DNA of 64,000 nt from Somniosus microcephalus (taxonomy: Eukaryota). The DNA lies in contig CM126212.1 of assembly GCA_052327205.1 (NCBI GenBank), forward strand, positions 209,250,001 to 209,314,000, given 5' to 3'. The stretch's first letter is position 1. Every line of letters begins with the position of its first letter. This document shows positions 40,057-53,676 of the stretch, piece after piece. Below the pieces are notes generated by a model that was given only the letters and a program-made list of their open reading frames with translations, made no database searches and was not told where the DNA came from. The position numbers and the translations under genes are program-made.

Positions 40057-42636
40057 TAGAGTCATAGAGTCATAGAGTTTTACAGCACAGAAAGAGGCCC
40101 TTCGGCCCATCGTGTCCGCGCCGCCCATCCATCCCTGTCCAGTCTAATCCCATTTTCCAGCATTTAGTCCATAGCCTTGTATGCAATGGCATTTCAAGTG
40201 CTCATCCAAATGCTTCTTGAATGTTGTGAGGGTTCCTGCCTCTACCACCCTTTCAGGCATTGAGTTCCACATTCCAACCACCCTCTGGGTGAAAAAGTTC
40301 CTCCTCAAATCCCCTCTAAATCTCCTGCCCCTTACCCTGAATCTATGCCCCCTTGTTATTGACCCCCCTACTAAGGGGAAAAGTTCCTCTTTATCTACCC
40401 TATCTATGCCCCTCATCATTTTGTACACCTCAATCAGGTCCCCCCTCAGCCTTCTTTGCTCCAAGGAAAACAACCCCAGCCTGTCCAGCCTGTCTTCATA
40501 GCTGAGGCGCTCCATCCCAGGTAACATCCTGGTGAATCTTCTCTGCACCCTCTCCAAAGCAATCACATCCTTCCTATAGTGAGGCGACCAGAACTGCACA
40601 CAGTACTCCAGCTGTGGCCTCACCAGCGTTTTGTACAGCTCCATCATAACCTCCCTGCTCTTATATTCCATGCCTCGGCTAATGAAGGCAAGTATCCCAT
40701 ATGCCTTTTTAACCACCCTATCTACCTGTTCCGCTGCCTTCAGGGATCTATGTACATGTACACCAAGGTCCCTCTGACCCTCTGTACTTCCTAGGGTCCT
40801 ACCACTCATTGTGTATTCCCTTACCTTATTTGTCCGTCCAAAATGCATCACCTCGCACTTTTCAGGGTTAAATTCCATTTGCCACTTTTCCGCCCATCTG
40901 ACCAACCCGTTTATATCGTCCTGTAGCCTGAGGCTTTCCTCCTCGCAATTTACCACCCCACCAATTTTCGTGTCATCTGCGAACTTACTGATCATACCTT
41001 TTACATTCTCATCCAAGTCATTTATGTAGACCACAAACAACAAGGGACCCAGCACCGATCCCTGAGGTACCCCACTGGACACAGGCTTCCAGTCACAAAA
41101 GCAACCTTCGACCATCACCCTCTGCCTCCTGCCACTCAGCCAGTTTAGGATCCAACGCGCCAAGGCACCCTGGATCCCATGGGCTCTTACCTTCTTGACC
41201 AGTCTCCTATGCGGGACTTTGTCAAAAGCTTTACTGAAGTCCATGTAAACCACATCCACAGCATTTCCCTCATCCACCCCCCTAGTCACCCCCTCGAAAA
41301 ATTCAATCAGATTTGTCAGACATGATTTACCCTTGACAAAGCCATGCTGACTATCCCCGATTAATCCTTGCCTCTCCAAGTGGAGACTAATTTTGTCCCT
41401 CAGAATTTTTTCCAATAATTTCCCTACCACAGATGTTAGGCTCACTGGCCTGTAATTCCCTGGTTTATCCCTGCTACCCTTCTTGAATAATGGTACTACG
41501 TTAGCTGTTCTCCAGTCCTCTGGTACATCCCCTGTGGCCAGAGAGGTTCTGAAAATTTGTGTCAGAGCCCCTGCAATCTCCTCCTTTGCCTCCCACAGCA
41601 GCCTGGGATACATCTCGTCCGGGCCTGGGGATTTATCCACTTTTTGGCCTGCTAAAACCGCTAGCACCTCCTCCCTCTCGATGCTAATATGTTCAAGTAT
41701 GTCACAGTCCCCTTGCCCGATTTCTATGTCTGCATCGTCTTTCTCCATAGTGAACACAGATGCAAAAAATTCATTTAAAACCCCGCCTACATCATCTGGC
41801 TCTACACACAGATTGCCACTTTGGTCCCTAATGGGTCCTACCCTTTCCCTGGTTATCCTCTTGCCCTTAATATACTTATAAAACATCTTAGGATTTTCCT
41901 TTATTTTGCTCGCCAGTGTTATTTCATGGCCCCTCCTCGCCCTCCTAATTTCTTTTTTAAGTATGCCCCTGCACTTTTTATACTCCTCTAGGGCTTCTTC
42001 CGTCTTTAGTCTTTTGTAACTGCCAAAAGCCCCCCTTTTATTTCTAATGCATTTGTGTATATCCCTTGTCATCCAAGGTTCCCTTTGCTTGTTGGTCCCA
42101 CCCTTGACCTTTACAGGAACACGTTGGCGTTGTACTCTCTCTATTTCCCTTCTGAAAGTCTCCCACTGTTTTGATGTGGATTTTCCTATAAGTAGCTGCT
42201 CCCAGTCCACTTTGGCCAGATCCTGCCTTATCATATTAAAATCGGCCCTCCCCCAATTTAGAACCCTTATTTCCGGGCCATCTTTGTCTTTTTCCATGAC
42301 CACCTTAAATCTCACCGAATTATGGTCACTGTCGCCAAAATGCTCTCCTACTGACACTTCCACCACTTGCCCGGCTACATTCCCCAGAATTAGGTCCAGT
42401 ACCGCCCCCTCTCTTGTAGGACTTTCTACATGTTGGCTCAAAAAGCTCTCCTGGATGCACTTTAAGAATTCTGCACCCTCTAAGCCTTTCACACTCTGAC
42501 TATCCCAATTTATATTGGGGAAGTTGAAATCCCCCACTATTATTTTCGCACTTTTCTGAGATTTGCCTACATATCTGTTCCTCTATCTCCCCCTGACTGT
42601 TTGGGGGCCTATAGTACACTCCCAGCAAAGTGCTTG
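40057..42636 (-). mobile_element. Young 5'-truncated CR1 LINE with 797-codon uninterrupted ORF2 (40144-42537)
   Basis: Endonuclease C-terminal half (GDFNFP, SDH) plus complete RT (YRPVSLT, PQGSVLGP, FADDTK); 3' tail (CTATGACT)n at ~40057-40077. Confidence 0.95.
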
Positions 42637-42689
42637 CCTTGAACCTTCAGGAATAGGATCTGGGTTACTGAATCAACCATGATGCTTCA

Positions 42690-43288
42690 CTTGCGCCCGG
42701 AGATCGTGACGTCATTGTCCTGTGCATCGCCCCAGTAATGCCCTGGACCCGAACATCGGTTCCACCCCCTGTAGCATCGCCGGGCAACAACACCAACAGC
42801 TGCAGGGGGCATTGTTCGAGAGGCCGGGCACTTCGGGGACGCAAGTTAAAGGGGATGTTGGCGCGGTAATTAATAAAACTGTTGCAGTACTTGAGTTTTT
42901 TCCATTTTCCTTCGACTGTGATCGATCAGCCCGGCACTCTGCTGGAGTGCATGGGGCTGTCGGGCCGGATCATGGTTGCCGCCGGCGACCAGCTAACTGG
43001 TCCCAGTACAGAGCCTGCAGCGACGGCCCTTCCCTTTAAGGGAGGGAAGGTGCCTCGAATCTCGGCAGCGCTGCACGGGACATTATGCAGCGCTGCACCA
43101 CTACTGCTCCGCCTGCGTCCTTTAGCGCTCCAGGAAGGAAGTGGAGAGCTTGATTTAGCGCTCCACCTCCTTCCTGGAGCGCTAACACCGAATTTACAGA
43201 AAGCTGGGAATCATTAACGCCTGGTGCTAATTTTTCCAGCTTTCAAAAGTTACCGCCCCCAAACGGGGCGATACCGAATTTCTCCCCC
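42690..43288 (-). mobile_element. Non-autonomous Harbinger relative, one terminus retained
   Basis: Reverse complement GGGGAGAAATTCGG...GGTGGAGCGCTAAA...CCACT...CTTAAAGGGAAGGG parallels 22043-22320; GTGACGTCA near the other end. Confidence 0.65.
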
Positions 43289-44810
43289 CAAACTGTTTTT
43301 GACCTTTCCTTCTATTATTGCTAAAACATACAAATCAAAGTTGTGGACCGAACAAAGGCATCAGCTGTGATTGATAACAGGAAAGATTTCCTGCAAATTT
43401 TCATGTGCAATCACACGGTCTCCTATTGGCATTCCCTGTGTCGAGCAGACTTTGAAGTAAATACGTGGCATAAATCAGATATTGTACCAAACCAAGTATT
43501 GAGCCCACAGAATGAAAATTTATGCTGTATTATTCAGAGAAAATCTCACTCATCGGGCAACACGTATGTAGTTAGTGCCAACAATGAGAACAATGTGTTA
43601 TTTAGGACACAGAAGTGGGAGGTCACAAGTTTCCAGCTATAAAAATAGACAGGTAACAGCACTGTTTTCCCCAATGGTGTGCTGACCTTACCAATGGTAT
43701 ATGGAGGAAAATGACTGAATGAGAATGGAGACAATTGCCTTCAATGTTACAAAGTCATTGCTTTCAATGTCACAGTACTCATATATACAGTAATTTAACC
43801 AGAAGAGATTTCACAGGTGAACTGCAATGATGAATACGTTGAGCCCCAGATATAAATAACTGCTGTGACAGTGGTTGAGAGTCTCTGGGGTAATTTCAAA
43901 ATAATGAAAAATGAATGAAGGCTTAAATTAAAAATCCCAAATCTTACAACTGAAATAGAGCTCTTCTAGTTATCTCATAGGCCAACTGGAAGCAATGAAT
44001 TGAGAAAAAGGGTTAGATTCCTGAAGGCTATGCTAGACACAGATGAATAAATAGTCCATTAGCGTTTTCACTCAAAATACACTAATTATTATTCCCATCT
44101 ACTTCTCCAATAAAATTAGCAAAAGACAAGGGCCTAGGAATAGGTCTATGTAGTGCCCTGTTTTGTGGGTGTTAATCAGACTACTAAGGCCCCAATATGG
44201 CAGGCAGGAATCGTGTGCACATTTCCGGCCAGAGGTACGCCACCCGCCATGTTGGGTAAGGACAAAAAATGTGTGTCCTTTACCCATGCTTGAAACAGGC
44301 GTTAGCCCCTTTACACATGCAAATAAGGGACGCAAAGCTTGTTTGAGGCCCCCAGTCAAAATTGGTTTGCCCTGAGGCAGCCCACGCCAGCACCAGCTGG
44401 ACCCAAGGAAACCGAGCCAGGGATCGCCTGCTAGTACCAACAAGAGGGTGAGTAACTTACCTGAATGTGGAGCCGGAGGAACACTCCCACATTAAAGGAA
44501 CTGATCGTCGCTGCTCCACCCACCCCCCCACCATCTCCTGATCGCCCCCGCACCTGGCCCTGACTCCTCATATCGCCTGCCACCGGCCCTGACACCCGAT
44601 GAGCATCTTTACTTCAGTCTGTTCTCCTTCATAGACTTCCTGCTCACTCTGTTAACGATAATTTTAAATTGATGATCCCTTGTCATTGACTCGCCAACCA
44701 GAGATTTCTCCCTCCGCGACACCCTGGTCCACTCCTTCCCTTTTGTTCTTTCCTCCCCTCCTCCTGCCCCTACACTTGCTTAAAAACCTGTTCCATCTCC
44801 AACTTTTTCC

Positions 44811-44847
44811 AGTTCTGACGAAGGGTCATTGGCCTGAAACGTTAACT
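44811..44847 (+). ncRNA. Minimal type-I hammerhead ribozyme motif in a Penelope-like terminal repeat
   Basis: AGTT-CTGACGA-A-GGGTC-ATT-GGCCT-GAAACGTT-AACT; stem II held with G-U pairs. Confidence 0.6.
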
Positions 44848-44966
44848 CTTTTTCTCTCTCCACAGATGCTGCCTGACCTGCTGAGCCCAAAAGCTCTGGC
44901 TGAATTCTGTAGCACAGTAATGCCTGATGCTTGTTCTTCCGAAAACAGGCTCCTTATGTGCTTTCA

Positions 44967-45188
<222 letters not shown>

Positions 45189-46717
45189 CTAAAATACAGC
45201 AAAAAAAAAGTTAACCAGCACCGCTAGTGTCAGAAATCTCTGTGTTTGACAGATTTGGGGGAAAAAAAACCAATAGAAGTACAGTAAATGGATTTGGTTC
45301 TGAAATTAATCTTTTTTTAAAAACTGCTCTGAACATTATAATAATGTGCCCAACTTTACCTAGAGTCTGATTAAAACCATTAATTAGACTACATTCATTA
45401 GTAAGGCAGGAGACATCAATCTTTTGGGAACAGAACACTTTTTCCAACCAGAGAGTCAGGTCAGGGAGGTCAGGTGTTAACATAATTTTGATGCAGGTTC
45501 CATCTACAAGAACAGTGTGCCTTAATTCAAATCTCAGAAAAATATCTCCTACGATGCTGAAGTGATGTTGACCTTCGTATATCAGCCATTCCTGTGACAG
45601 CTCTGAATTGCAATAGAATTTAGTACCAGATAGTGCCAAATTATGATCATTTTTATGCTGTGGGTCCACTGGGAGATTGGCTGAAGAATTTCTGGCTTGC
45701 TAACTTGAAATTTATGTTGACAAATTAGCAAACAAAACAATGGAAATGAAAGTTGGCTACAATCATTACAAATAACTTGAGCTTTTGAAAGCGTTATTTA
45801 CAGATGAAGGCTGAAATGGGGATTTTCAGGTAAACACATTCTACTGTCTTTGCACAAAGCAATCACCATGGTAACAGCCTTGACATACAGCTAGCACGGG
45901 GCATTCAAAATATCCATCTCCTTACAATACATTATAGACCAGCATTCTTGCCAGCTGGATAGCAACTTATGGTGTGTAAATGTCAGAACATGCCTGGTGT
46001 TGTGATGTTGCCAATATAAACTGATGTGGTATGACCAAACTGCTGTACGTTAGAGAAAGAGGATAAATGATCCCAAACATTTTACGGTCTTGAAACAATA
46101 AATATTACAAACCTTTGAAGATTCTGGTAGTATTTAGGTTACAAAAAATAAAAACGGAATACTTTAGATTTGTTCTTGGAAATCTGTGAGCATAAAATTA
46201 CTCATGTTGCACATGTTCTCTCAACAAGTTCGCTGTCGGATCAGAAGTAAATTCAACACAAGCACTTGTACATTATAACATACAAATTATGCTTCTGTTA
46301 CATGCGTTATGTGGATTAACTGTTGTCCTTATCATATCACACCTCAGGCGGGTACCAACTGCATCTTACTTAACTTCCCTCCCACTAAAATGATTATTTC
46401 TATGAATTTTCTCGCTTGTATAGATCTGAATTCCTGTCTTGCCGTCCAGTAAACAAACGTCAAGTCTTTTCAACATTCATCATCATTTCCAATGCAATGC
46501 AATAGAAGGAAAAAATTCCATCCTACACACATGCCTAGTCAACAAGATTAATGAGATTAAATGCAAAAAGCCCAACAGAAAAATTAATTTGGCAGTTTTA
46601 CCCTATTCCGAGTGTGCATGGGCCCAACACAAAAGTGGCCATAATTTGGCATAAATTGACAATCTCAGTTACAGAGGCCACAAGGATGACAAGTATCCGT
46701 CACAGTACTGAAACGAC

Positions 46718-49363
46718 CCTTATCAGTCACAAATGACATCCTTTGTGACTGTGACCGTGGTGCACTATTCCTCCTCATCCTTCTCGACCTGTCTGCAGCC
46801 TTTGATACAGTTAACCACACCATCCTTCTCCCAATGCTTCTCCTCTGTTTACTAGCTGAATGGAACTGCCGTCACCTGGTTCCATTCTTATCTGTCCAGT
46901 CGTAGCCAAAGAATCTCCTACAATGGCTGCTCTTTCCACTCCCTCACCGTTACCTCTGGAGTCGACCAAGTATCCATTCTTGGCCCCCTCCTATTTCTCA
47001 TCTACATGCTGCTTCTTAGCGACATCAACCGAAAACACGTCAGATTCCACATGTACGCTGACGACATCCAGCTCAACCTCATCACCACCTCTCTCGACCC
47101 CTCCACTGCCTACGATTTGTCACGCTGTTTGTCCGACATCCAGGATTGGATGAACAGAAATTTTCTCCAATTAAAACATTGGGAAAACCAAAGCCATTGT
47201 TTTCGCCTGCCCAATCACAAACTCCATTCCCTAGCCACCTTTCCATTCCCCTCCCGAGCCATTGTCTGAGGCTGAACCAGACTGTTCACAACCTCAGCGT
47301 CCTTTCTGACCATGAGCTGAGCCTCCTGCCCCATATCCTCTCCATTACCAAGACCTCCTACTTCCACCGCCGTAATATCACCCATCTCTGCCCCTTCCTC
47401 TGCTGCTGTAACCCTCATTCATGCCTTTGTTATCTCCAGACTCGACTATTCCAATCCTCTCCTGACCAGCCTCCTAGCTTCCACCCTTCGTAAACTTGAA
47501 CTCATCCAAAACCTCTGCTGCCCGTATCCTAAATCACACCAAGTCCTGTTCTCCCATCAATCCTATGCTCGCTGACCTATATGCAGCAATGCCTCAAATT
47601 TAAAATGCTCATCCTTGCGTTCAAATCCCTCCATGGCCTCACCCCTCCCTATCTCTGTAACCTCCTTCAGCCCTACAACCCTACGAGATCTCTGTGTTCC
47701 TCCAATTCTGGCCTCTTGTGCACCCCCAATTTCCTTCGCCCCACCATTGGTGGCCATGCCTTCAGCTGTCTATTTCAAGCACTGGAATTGCCCCCCTGTC
47801 TCTCTACCTCTCTCTTCTCCTCTAAGATGCTCCTTACCTCTTTGACCAAGCTTTTGGTCATCTGTCCAAATATCGGTAGTGGGGAAAATGCTAGAGTCCA
47901 TTATAAAAGATGTAATAGCAGAGCACTTGGAAAGCAGTGACAGGATCGGACAAAGTCAACATGGATTTACAAAAGGTAAATCGTGCTTGACCAATCTACT
48001 GGAATTTTTTGAGGATGTAACTGGTAAAATAGATAAGGGAGAACCAGTGGATGTGGTGTATTTGGACTTTCAGAAGGCTTTCGATAAGGTCCCACACAAG
48101 AGATTAGCGTGCAAAATTAAGGCACATGGGATTGGGGGCAAGGTATTGACTTGGATAGAGAACTGGTTGGCAGATAGAAAGCAAAGAGTTGGAATAAACG
48201 GGTTGTTTTCCGAGTGGCAGGCAGTGACTAGTGGGGTACCGCAAGGATTGATCCTAGGACCCCAGCTGTTCACAATATATATTAATGATCTGGACGAGGG
48301 AATTGGATGTAGTATCTCCAAATTTGCAGATGACACAAAGCTGGGTGGGAGGGTATGCTGTGAGGAGGATGACGTGAAACTCCAGTACGATTTGGACAGG
48401 TTGGGTGATTGGGCAGAAACATGGCAAATGCACTATAATGTGGATAAATGTGAGGTTATCCACTTTGGTGGCAAAAACATGAAGGCAGACTATTATTTGA
48501 ATGGCAATAGATTGGGAGAAGGGGAAGTGCAAAGAGACCTGGGTGTTATTGTGCACCAGTCGCTGAAGGTAAGCATGCAGGTGCAGCAGGCGCTTAAGAA
48601 GGCAAATGGTATGTTGGCCTTCATAGCAAGAGGGTTCGAGTACAGGAACAAGGATGTCTTGCTGCAGTTGTACAGGGCCTTGGTGAGACCACACCTTGAG
48701 TATTGTGTGCAGTTTTGGTCGCCTTATCTGAGGAAGGACGTTCTTGCCATGGAAGGAGTGCAGCGAAGATTCACCAGGCTGATACCTGGGATGGCAGGAA
48801 TGACGTATGAGGAGAGATTGTGTCGATTGGGCTTATACTCACTGGAGTTTAGAAGATTGAGAGGGGATCTCATCGAAACCTATAAAATTCTGTCAGGCTT
48901 GGATAGACTAGATGCAGGAAGGATGTTTCCGATGGCCGGGGAGTCCAGAACCAGGGGTCATGGTCTAAGGATAAGGGGTAAGCCATCTAGGACTGAAATG
49001 AGGAGGAATTTCTTCACCCAGAGAGTGGTGAACCTGTGGAATTCTCTGCCACAGAGGGCAGTGGAGGCCAGTTCATTAAATATATTCAAGAAGGAGTTAG
49101 ATATATTTTTTAAAGCTAAAGGGATCAAGGGATATGGGGAGAAGGCAGGGACAGGGTACTGAATTTGGATGATCAGCCATGATCTCATTGAATGGCGGAG
49201 CAAACTCGAGGGGCCGAATGGCCTACTCCTGCTCCTATCTTCTATGTTTCTGTCATAATATCGGTGTATGTGGCTTGGTGTCAAATTTTGTTTGATAACG
49301 CCCCTGTGAAATGCCTTGGAACATTTTACGACGTGAAAGGCGCTATATAGATTCAAGTTGTTG
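46718..49363 (+). mobile_element. L2-clade LINE (RT region to tail) split by a CR1 insertion
   Basis: LLDLSAAFDTV, FHMYADDIQL; the 3' UTR breaks at 47877 and resumes at 49249, matching the uninterrupted copy at 32185-33012. Confidence 0.85.
47878..49248 (+). mobile_element. Young 5'-truncated CR1 LINE, open ORF2 part 47879-49162
   Basis: RT motifs intact; flanked by a 17-bp near-duplication (15/17) at 47861-47877 and 49249-49265. Confidence 0.93.
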
Positions 49364-50396
49364 TATGCAAAATGAAACCATTCATACTGGCTCAAAAGGG
49401 ATATGCTTCCAAGGCAGAAGTTAAGGCACATTGTTGAAGTACAACAAAAGAAACTTTACCTCCGTTTGCCCCATACACTACCTGAATGGGCAGAAAATAG
49501 AAAAATATTCAAGGTCCAGAATTGGTATCTCTTATCGAGATGACTACAAGAAGTAAGGATCGAGCATGGTATTGAATTGAACAGCTCCATTACAGTTAAA
49601 CATCAATCACTAGAGGGTGCTCAAATCTTATCAAGTGCTGATGCCTGGCAGAAGAAGGTTTTAAGGTTGCTCTATTTACAGTTACATAGTAATATTCTGT
49701 ATAAATTAACGGAAAACTGCCATCCCACTGGGGTTGGTGTGAAGGTGAGCAATTAGACTAAAAGTTCAGAATAGCCAAAATGGTTACTAATAGCAACAGT
49801 AGTATCCAACGACGTCTGCTGTCAACAGTGATATTTTTGGAAGACTTTAAGCAGAGTGACTTTCTTCTAGAACCTTCAAAATGATCACAGGATTTTTAAA
49901 ATTCCCTTGAAAAATATATTATTGAAAAGATCATGATGGATAGTCTGCTCTGAATCTTGTTGAGTGCTCAGTTTATTTCAAGAAAAAAATTTTTGGCTTG
50001 CAAACCAGAAATGATGGACAGCAATGCTTCTTTATTCAATTGATTAAAGAAGCATCACTGTTGATCCAACAATTTTGAGGAAATAATATGCAAAGCAAAG
50101 CTTTGGGTACTGATATTAGTTAATTATTGAAGTGACATTATAAAAGTAACATCCTAAGTCTTGCTTAATGAAGTAATTTTGAAAATAATAGCTTTCTCCA
50201 GACCATTTCTTAAATATTACATGTTCGAAGGCTTTTCCCATGCCACTGGACCACTGCTGACTCATCAATGCCCACAACTTTCTTGACTACTCTCAAAAAC
50301 GGTTGCAACTAATGTTGGAATATGGCTTCATAGGTGCCATTAGTGCTCCAGTACCTCACCCAATAACCATTCTACTTGCGTGAGCCTAGACAATGA

Positions 50397-50960
50397 GGCC
50401 TAGAAATTTGATTAGGCCGGAAAACAGGCGGTGACACCGCGGGCCAAGGTCAACAGCCGCCCGCAAAAATAGCACAAGCAGCACCGGTATTTTGATGCTG
50501 CCTGCTGCTTTACATAAGCGGAGCGCAGAATTTCTTGTGCAATGCACTCTTTCCAGCACTAACCTCAGCAGGCGGCCGAAGGATCGGGCCATGTGCTGTT
50601 TCGGATCATTTGGTGACGGCTCCTGGGTTTTGCTGGGTCAGGAGGTATTGAGTCCGCTGATGGCCCTTGTAGGGTTGGAGCATTGTGCGTTGTGGCACAT
50701 TAGGAGGCATTTGTTTGTCCATGGTTCCCCTCTTACTTTCACGGACATTTGTCTGGGTCTTGTGTTAAGTCCACAAATGGGTACCAGACTGTCTGGTACT
50801 CCTTGCTTCGCTGGCTGCTACAGGCCCACGATTGATGTGACAATTAAAATACTTGCTGAAAATGGCAGCTGCCGTGGGACCCGCCGGATGGCGGCGGACG
50901 TCATTTTTAGCAACAAAACGGGTGTTAACGGCCAGCGCTAAACCCTCCAATTTCTAGGCC
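50397..50960. mobile_element. Harbinger-type MITE
   Basis: Perfect 12-bp TIR GGCCTAGAAATT; 3-bp TSD TGA on both sides. Confidence 0.85.
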
Positions 50961-51860
50961 TGAGTGTCTGCAAAGGGGGGGGGCGGTGTCATTACAACCA
51001 AGCCCCATCCAGTCCACACCTAATGTCAAAACAAATGCATTTCCAGCAGAACTCATTGGCTGATTTCTCTCCTCCCTAACCCAACTGCATTTGTGGATCG
51101 CTGATGCCACCCTAGCCGAGATCAGCTAACTCAGCACAGATGAGGGCTCAAGCCAAGAGCTTTGCTGGTTTCCAATACCCAGGGAGCATCGTTTCAAACT
51201 TAAATAATTTCATGCATATGATCTATTTATAAATCTGTGCCCATAAGTGCAGACATCAAATAGGAATACAAGGCTATCAAATCAGGAACCACTGCTTCCT
51301 TTTCATACTTCCTCCACCCATTTCCTTCAGTCTGATCATGTCTCTAATAACTTCAATGCAGAGGAACCCACATGCAATAGGTGAAGGCTAGCAAGTTACA
51401 ACAACCAGGCTTGTATATACCATTGCTGACCATGGAACGAGCAAAAGTGGAACTGAGTGACAGGTTTGTGTGTATTGCGACAGTGCTTTCTAATTGACAA
51501 GTAGGTTTGTGGTCTTGACTGTCATATCATTCTATTATTTAAATATTCAGCTTTAATGCATATTGATCTGTAACAGTAGAATAGGGTTTCACAAGGTTAG
51601 ACCACTGAACACTTCAGAAATCGTAAAATCAGTGCATGGATTTATTGATTCTATAAAATAGTTTATTAATGCACATTGGCATAGTAATTGGGAGTAATGA
51701 ATCTAACACAGTGACTTATCGCCATTGATTTAACGGGCAGCACAAATATAAGAGTCGAAATCACAAAGCCTCATCTATGTGAATTGATTAGGTTCAAATC
51801 ACAAGTGACATGTTTCAAAGTTTCACATCTGATGTATTAATATCACTAACGCAAAGATAA

Positions 51861-52135
51861 AGGGCCTGAAATTATGGTGCCGATGACAGTGTACGCATAG
51901 CATATGCCATCGGAAGACTTGGAAAAGGTCCCGCAAGTTCCGGGTTTCTGCATGCATTGCGCATGCGTGAAAACCCGGAGCTTGCGATCTGTCAAGGATT
52001 GCCTTGACAGATCATCCGCATGCACCCCAAATACACTTTTGTTGCTGCAGAGTTGGGCTAGTTGCCTAACCACTGCCCACCAAATGCCCACAAAACCCTT
52101 ACACCTGGTAAAAGCAGGGCTACGCCCTTTTCCCG
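51861..52135. mobile_element. Truncated Harbinger-type MITE
   Basis: Starts GGGCCTGAAATT, CpG-rich; no matching right end found. Confidence 0.4.
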
Positions 52136-52869
52136 TATGCCAGACTACAAGTGCCAAGAGGTTTCTCAACTGTGGGGGCTTTCATAGCCAAGCCTAATCC
52201 TGTCCTCCAACATCCACACACACACACTCACACTTCTCACAGGGGTCACTAAAAAGTGATTGATTTTTCCCCAGACAGTTTTCACCTCCTAAAGCAAGGC
52301 ACACCAAAGCCATTTGTAGCATCACTACCCCCATCCCAGCTCAGATCACCTAACTCAGCATAACGGTCCCAAACCTGGGACTTCCTGGTCTGTATGAGTC
52401 GACTACTCACTGGGTAAACTCACTGAACCATCGGGAGAACTTAATTGAGGTTTTCTAGCACCAGACCCAAGGGTCCATGTTCTTTCGGTTTTTGAAATGG
52501 AAAAAAATTGCTAACTTTCAAGGGTAAAGTAGGGGCCCACAAGATATCTATGAGCAAAAAAAAAATCCATTAATATATCCATTTTCATTTTACAATACAA
52601 CTGTATAGAAGCAATATGTTTAAAAACAATGTTTTTTTAAAAAAAATGCCAGCCCAACTATTTAAAATATATCTGAACCAATTCTGTCAAAGTTATTCTA
52701 GTATGTCTCTGATCCAGTTGGTCTCATCTCACTCCAGATCAGATGGCATGACCAGGCAGGATATTGAGCCTATTGTATCTGTAATATCTTGTAGCAGGCC
52801 TCTACATTTGGGAATAACCAGCTGCAGTGTTTTCATCCAGCCCAAATGTAACAGGTGTGCTGCATTGAA

Positions 52870-53365
52870 TCATAGCATCATAGAACAGAATCATAGAATG
52901 GTTACAGCACAGAAAGAAACGGGGCGTAACCGAATTTCGCACCCTATGCCTCTATTTATAAAGCCCAGGATCCCATATGCTTTTTTAATCGCTTTCTCAA
53001 CCTGCCCTGCAATGATTTGTGCCCCCAGGTCTCTCTGTTCCTGCAACCCCTTTAGGGTTGTACCCTTTAGTTTATATTGCCTCTCCTTGTTCTTCCTACC
53101 AAAATATATCACTTCACACTTTTCTGCATTAAATTTCATCTGTCACGTGTCCGCCCATTTCACCAGCCTATGTCTTCTTGAAGTTTATCACTATCCTCCT
53201 CACTGTTCACTGCACTTCCAGGTTGTGTGTTACCTGCAACTTTTGAAATTGTGCCCTGTACACCCAAGTCCAAGTCATTCATATATATCTCAAGTAAAGC
53301 AGTGGTCCTAGTACCGACCCCTGGGGAACACCACTGTATACCTTCCTCCAGTCCGAAAAACAACT
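52870..53365 (-). mobile_element. Internally deleted CR1 fragment
   Basis: MKFNAEKCEVIYFGRKNK...KKAYGILGFINRG; tail (catagaat)-like. Confidence 0.8.
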
Positions 53366-53569
53366 ATTCATTGCTGGAAACTATAACTTTAGCCAAACTG
53401 ACAAATCAATAATACATGTTTGTAGGGAGCAAATCATAATATTGGTGATTCCACTTTTAGCACTGACAGTGCAGGAATACTGCTGCATTAACACAATTTA
53501 TTGATTGAAATCTTACACAAAAATGCTAATTTAACACATTCTGTATTTCGTGAATGTTTTGTCGCCTAC

Positions 53570-53676
53570 CATGGCAAAGCCAACATCTGCTTTCTTCAGC
53601 GCTGGTCCATCGTTGGTTCCATCACCAGTTACTGCTACAACTTGTCTTCGCTCTCCGCACAGGCTGTCAATTATAC
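53570..53676 (-). CDS. ATP2B2: PMCA2 coding exon ([35 protein letters not shown])
   Basis: 107-bp exon, AG/GT boundaries, P-type hinge motif [11 protein letters not shown]. Confidence 0.95.

Noticed and set aside
40181-42499. Plus-strand ORFs over the CR1
   Set aside because: They are antisense shadows of CR1 ORF2.
52616-53311. 231-aa plus-strand ORF
   Set aside because: It spans unique intron and antisense CR1 sequence with no coherent protein signal.
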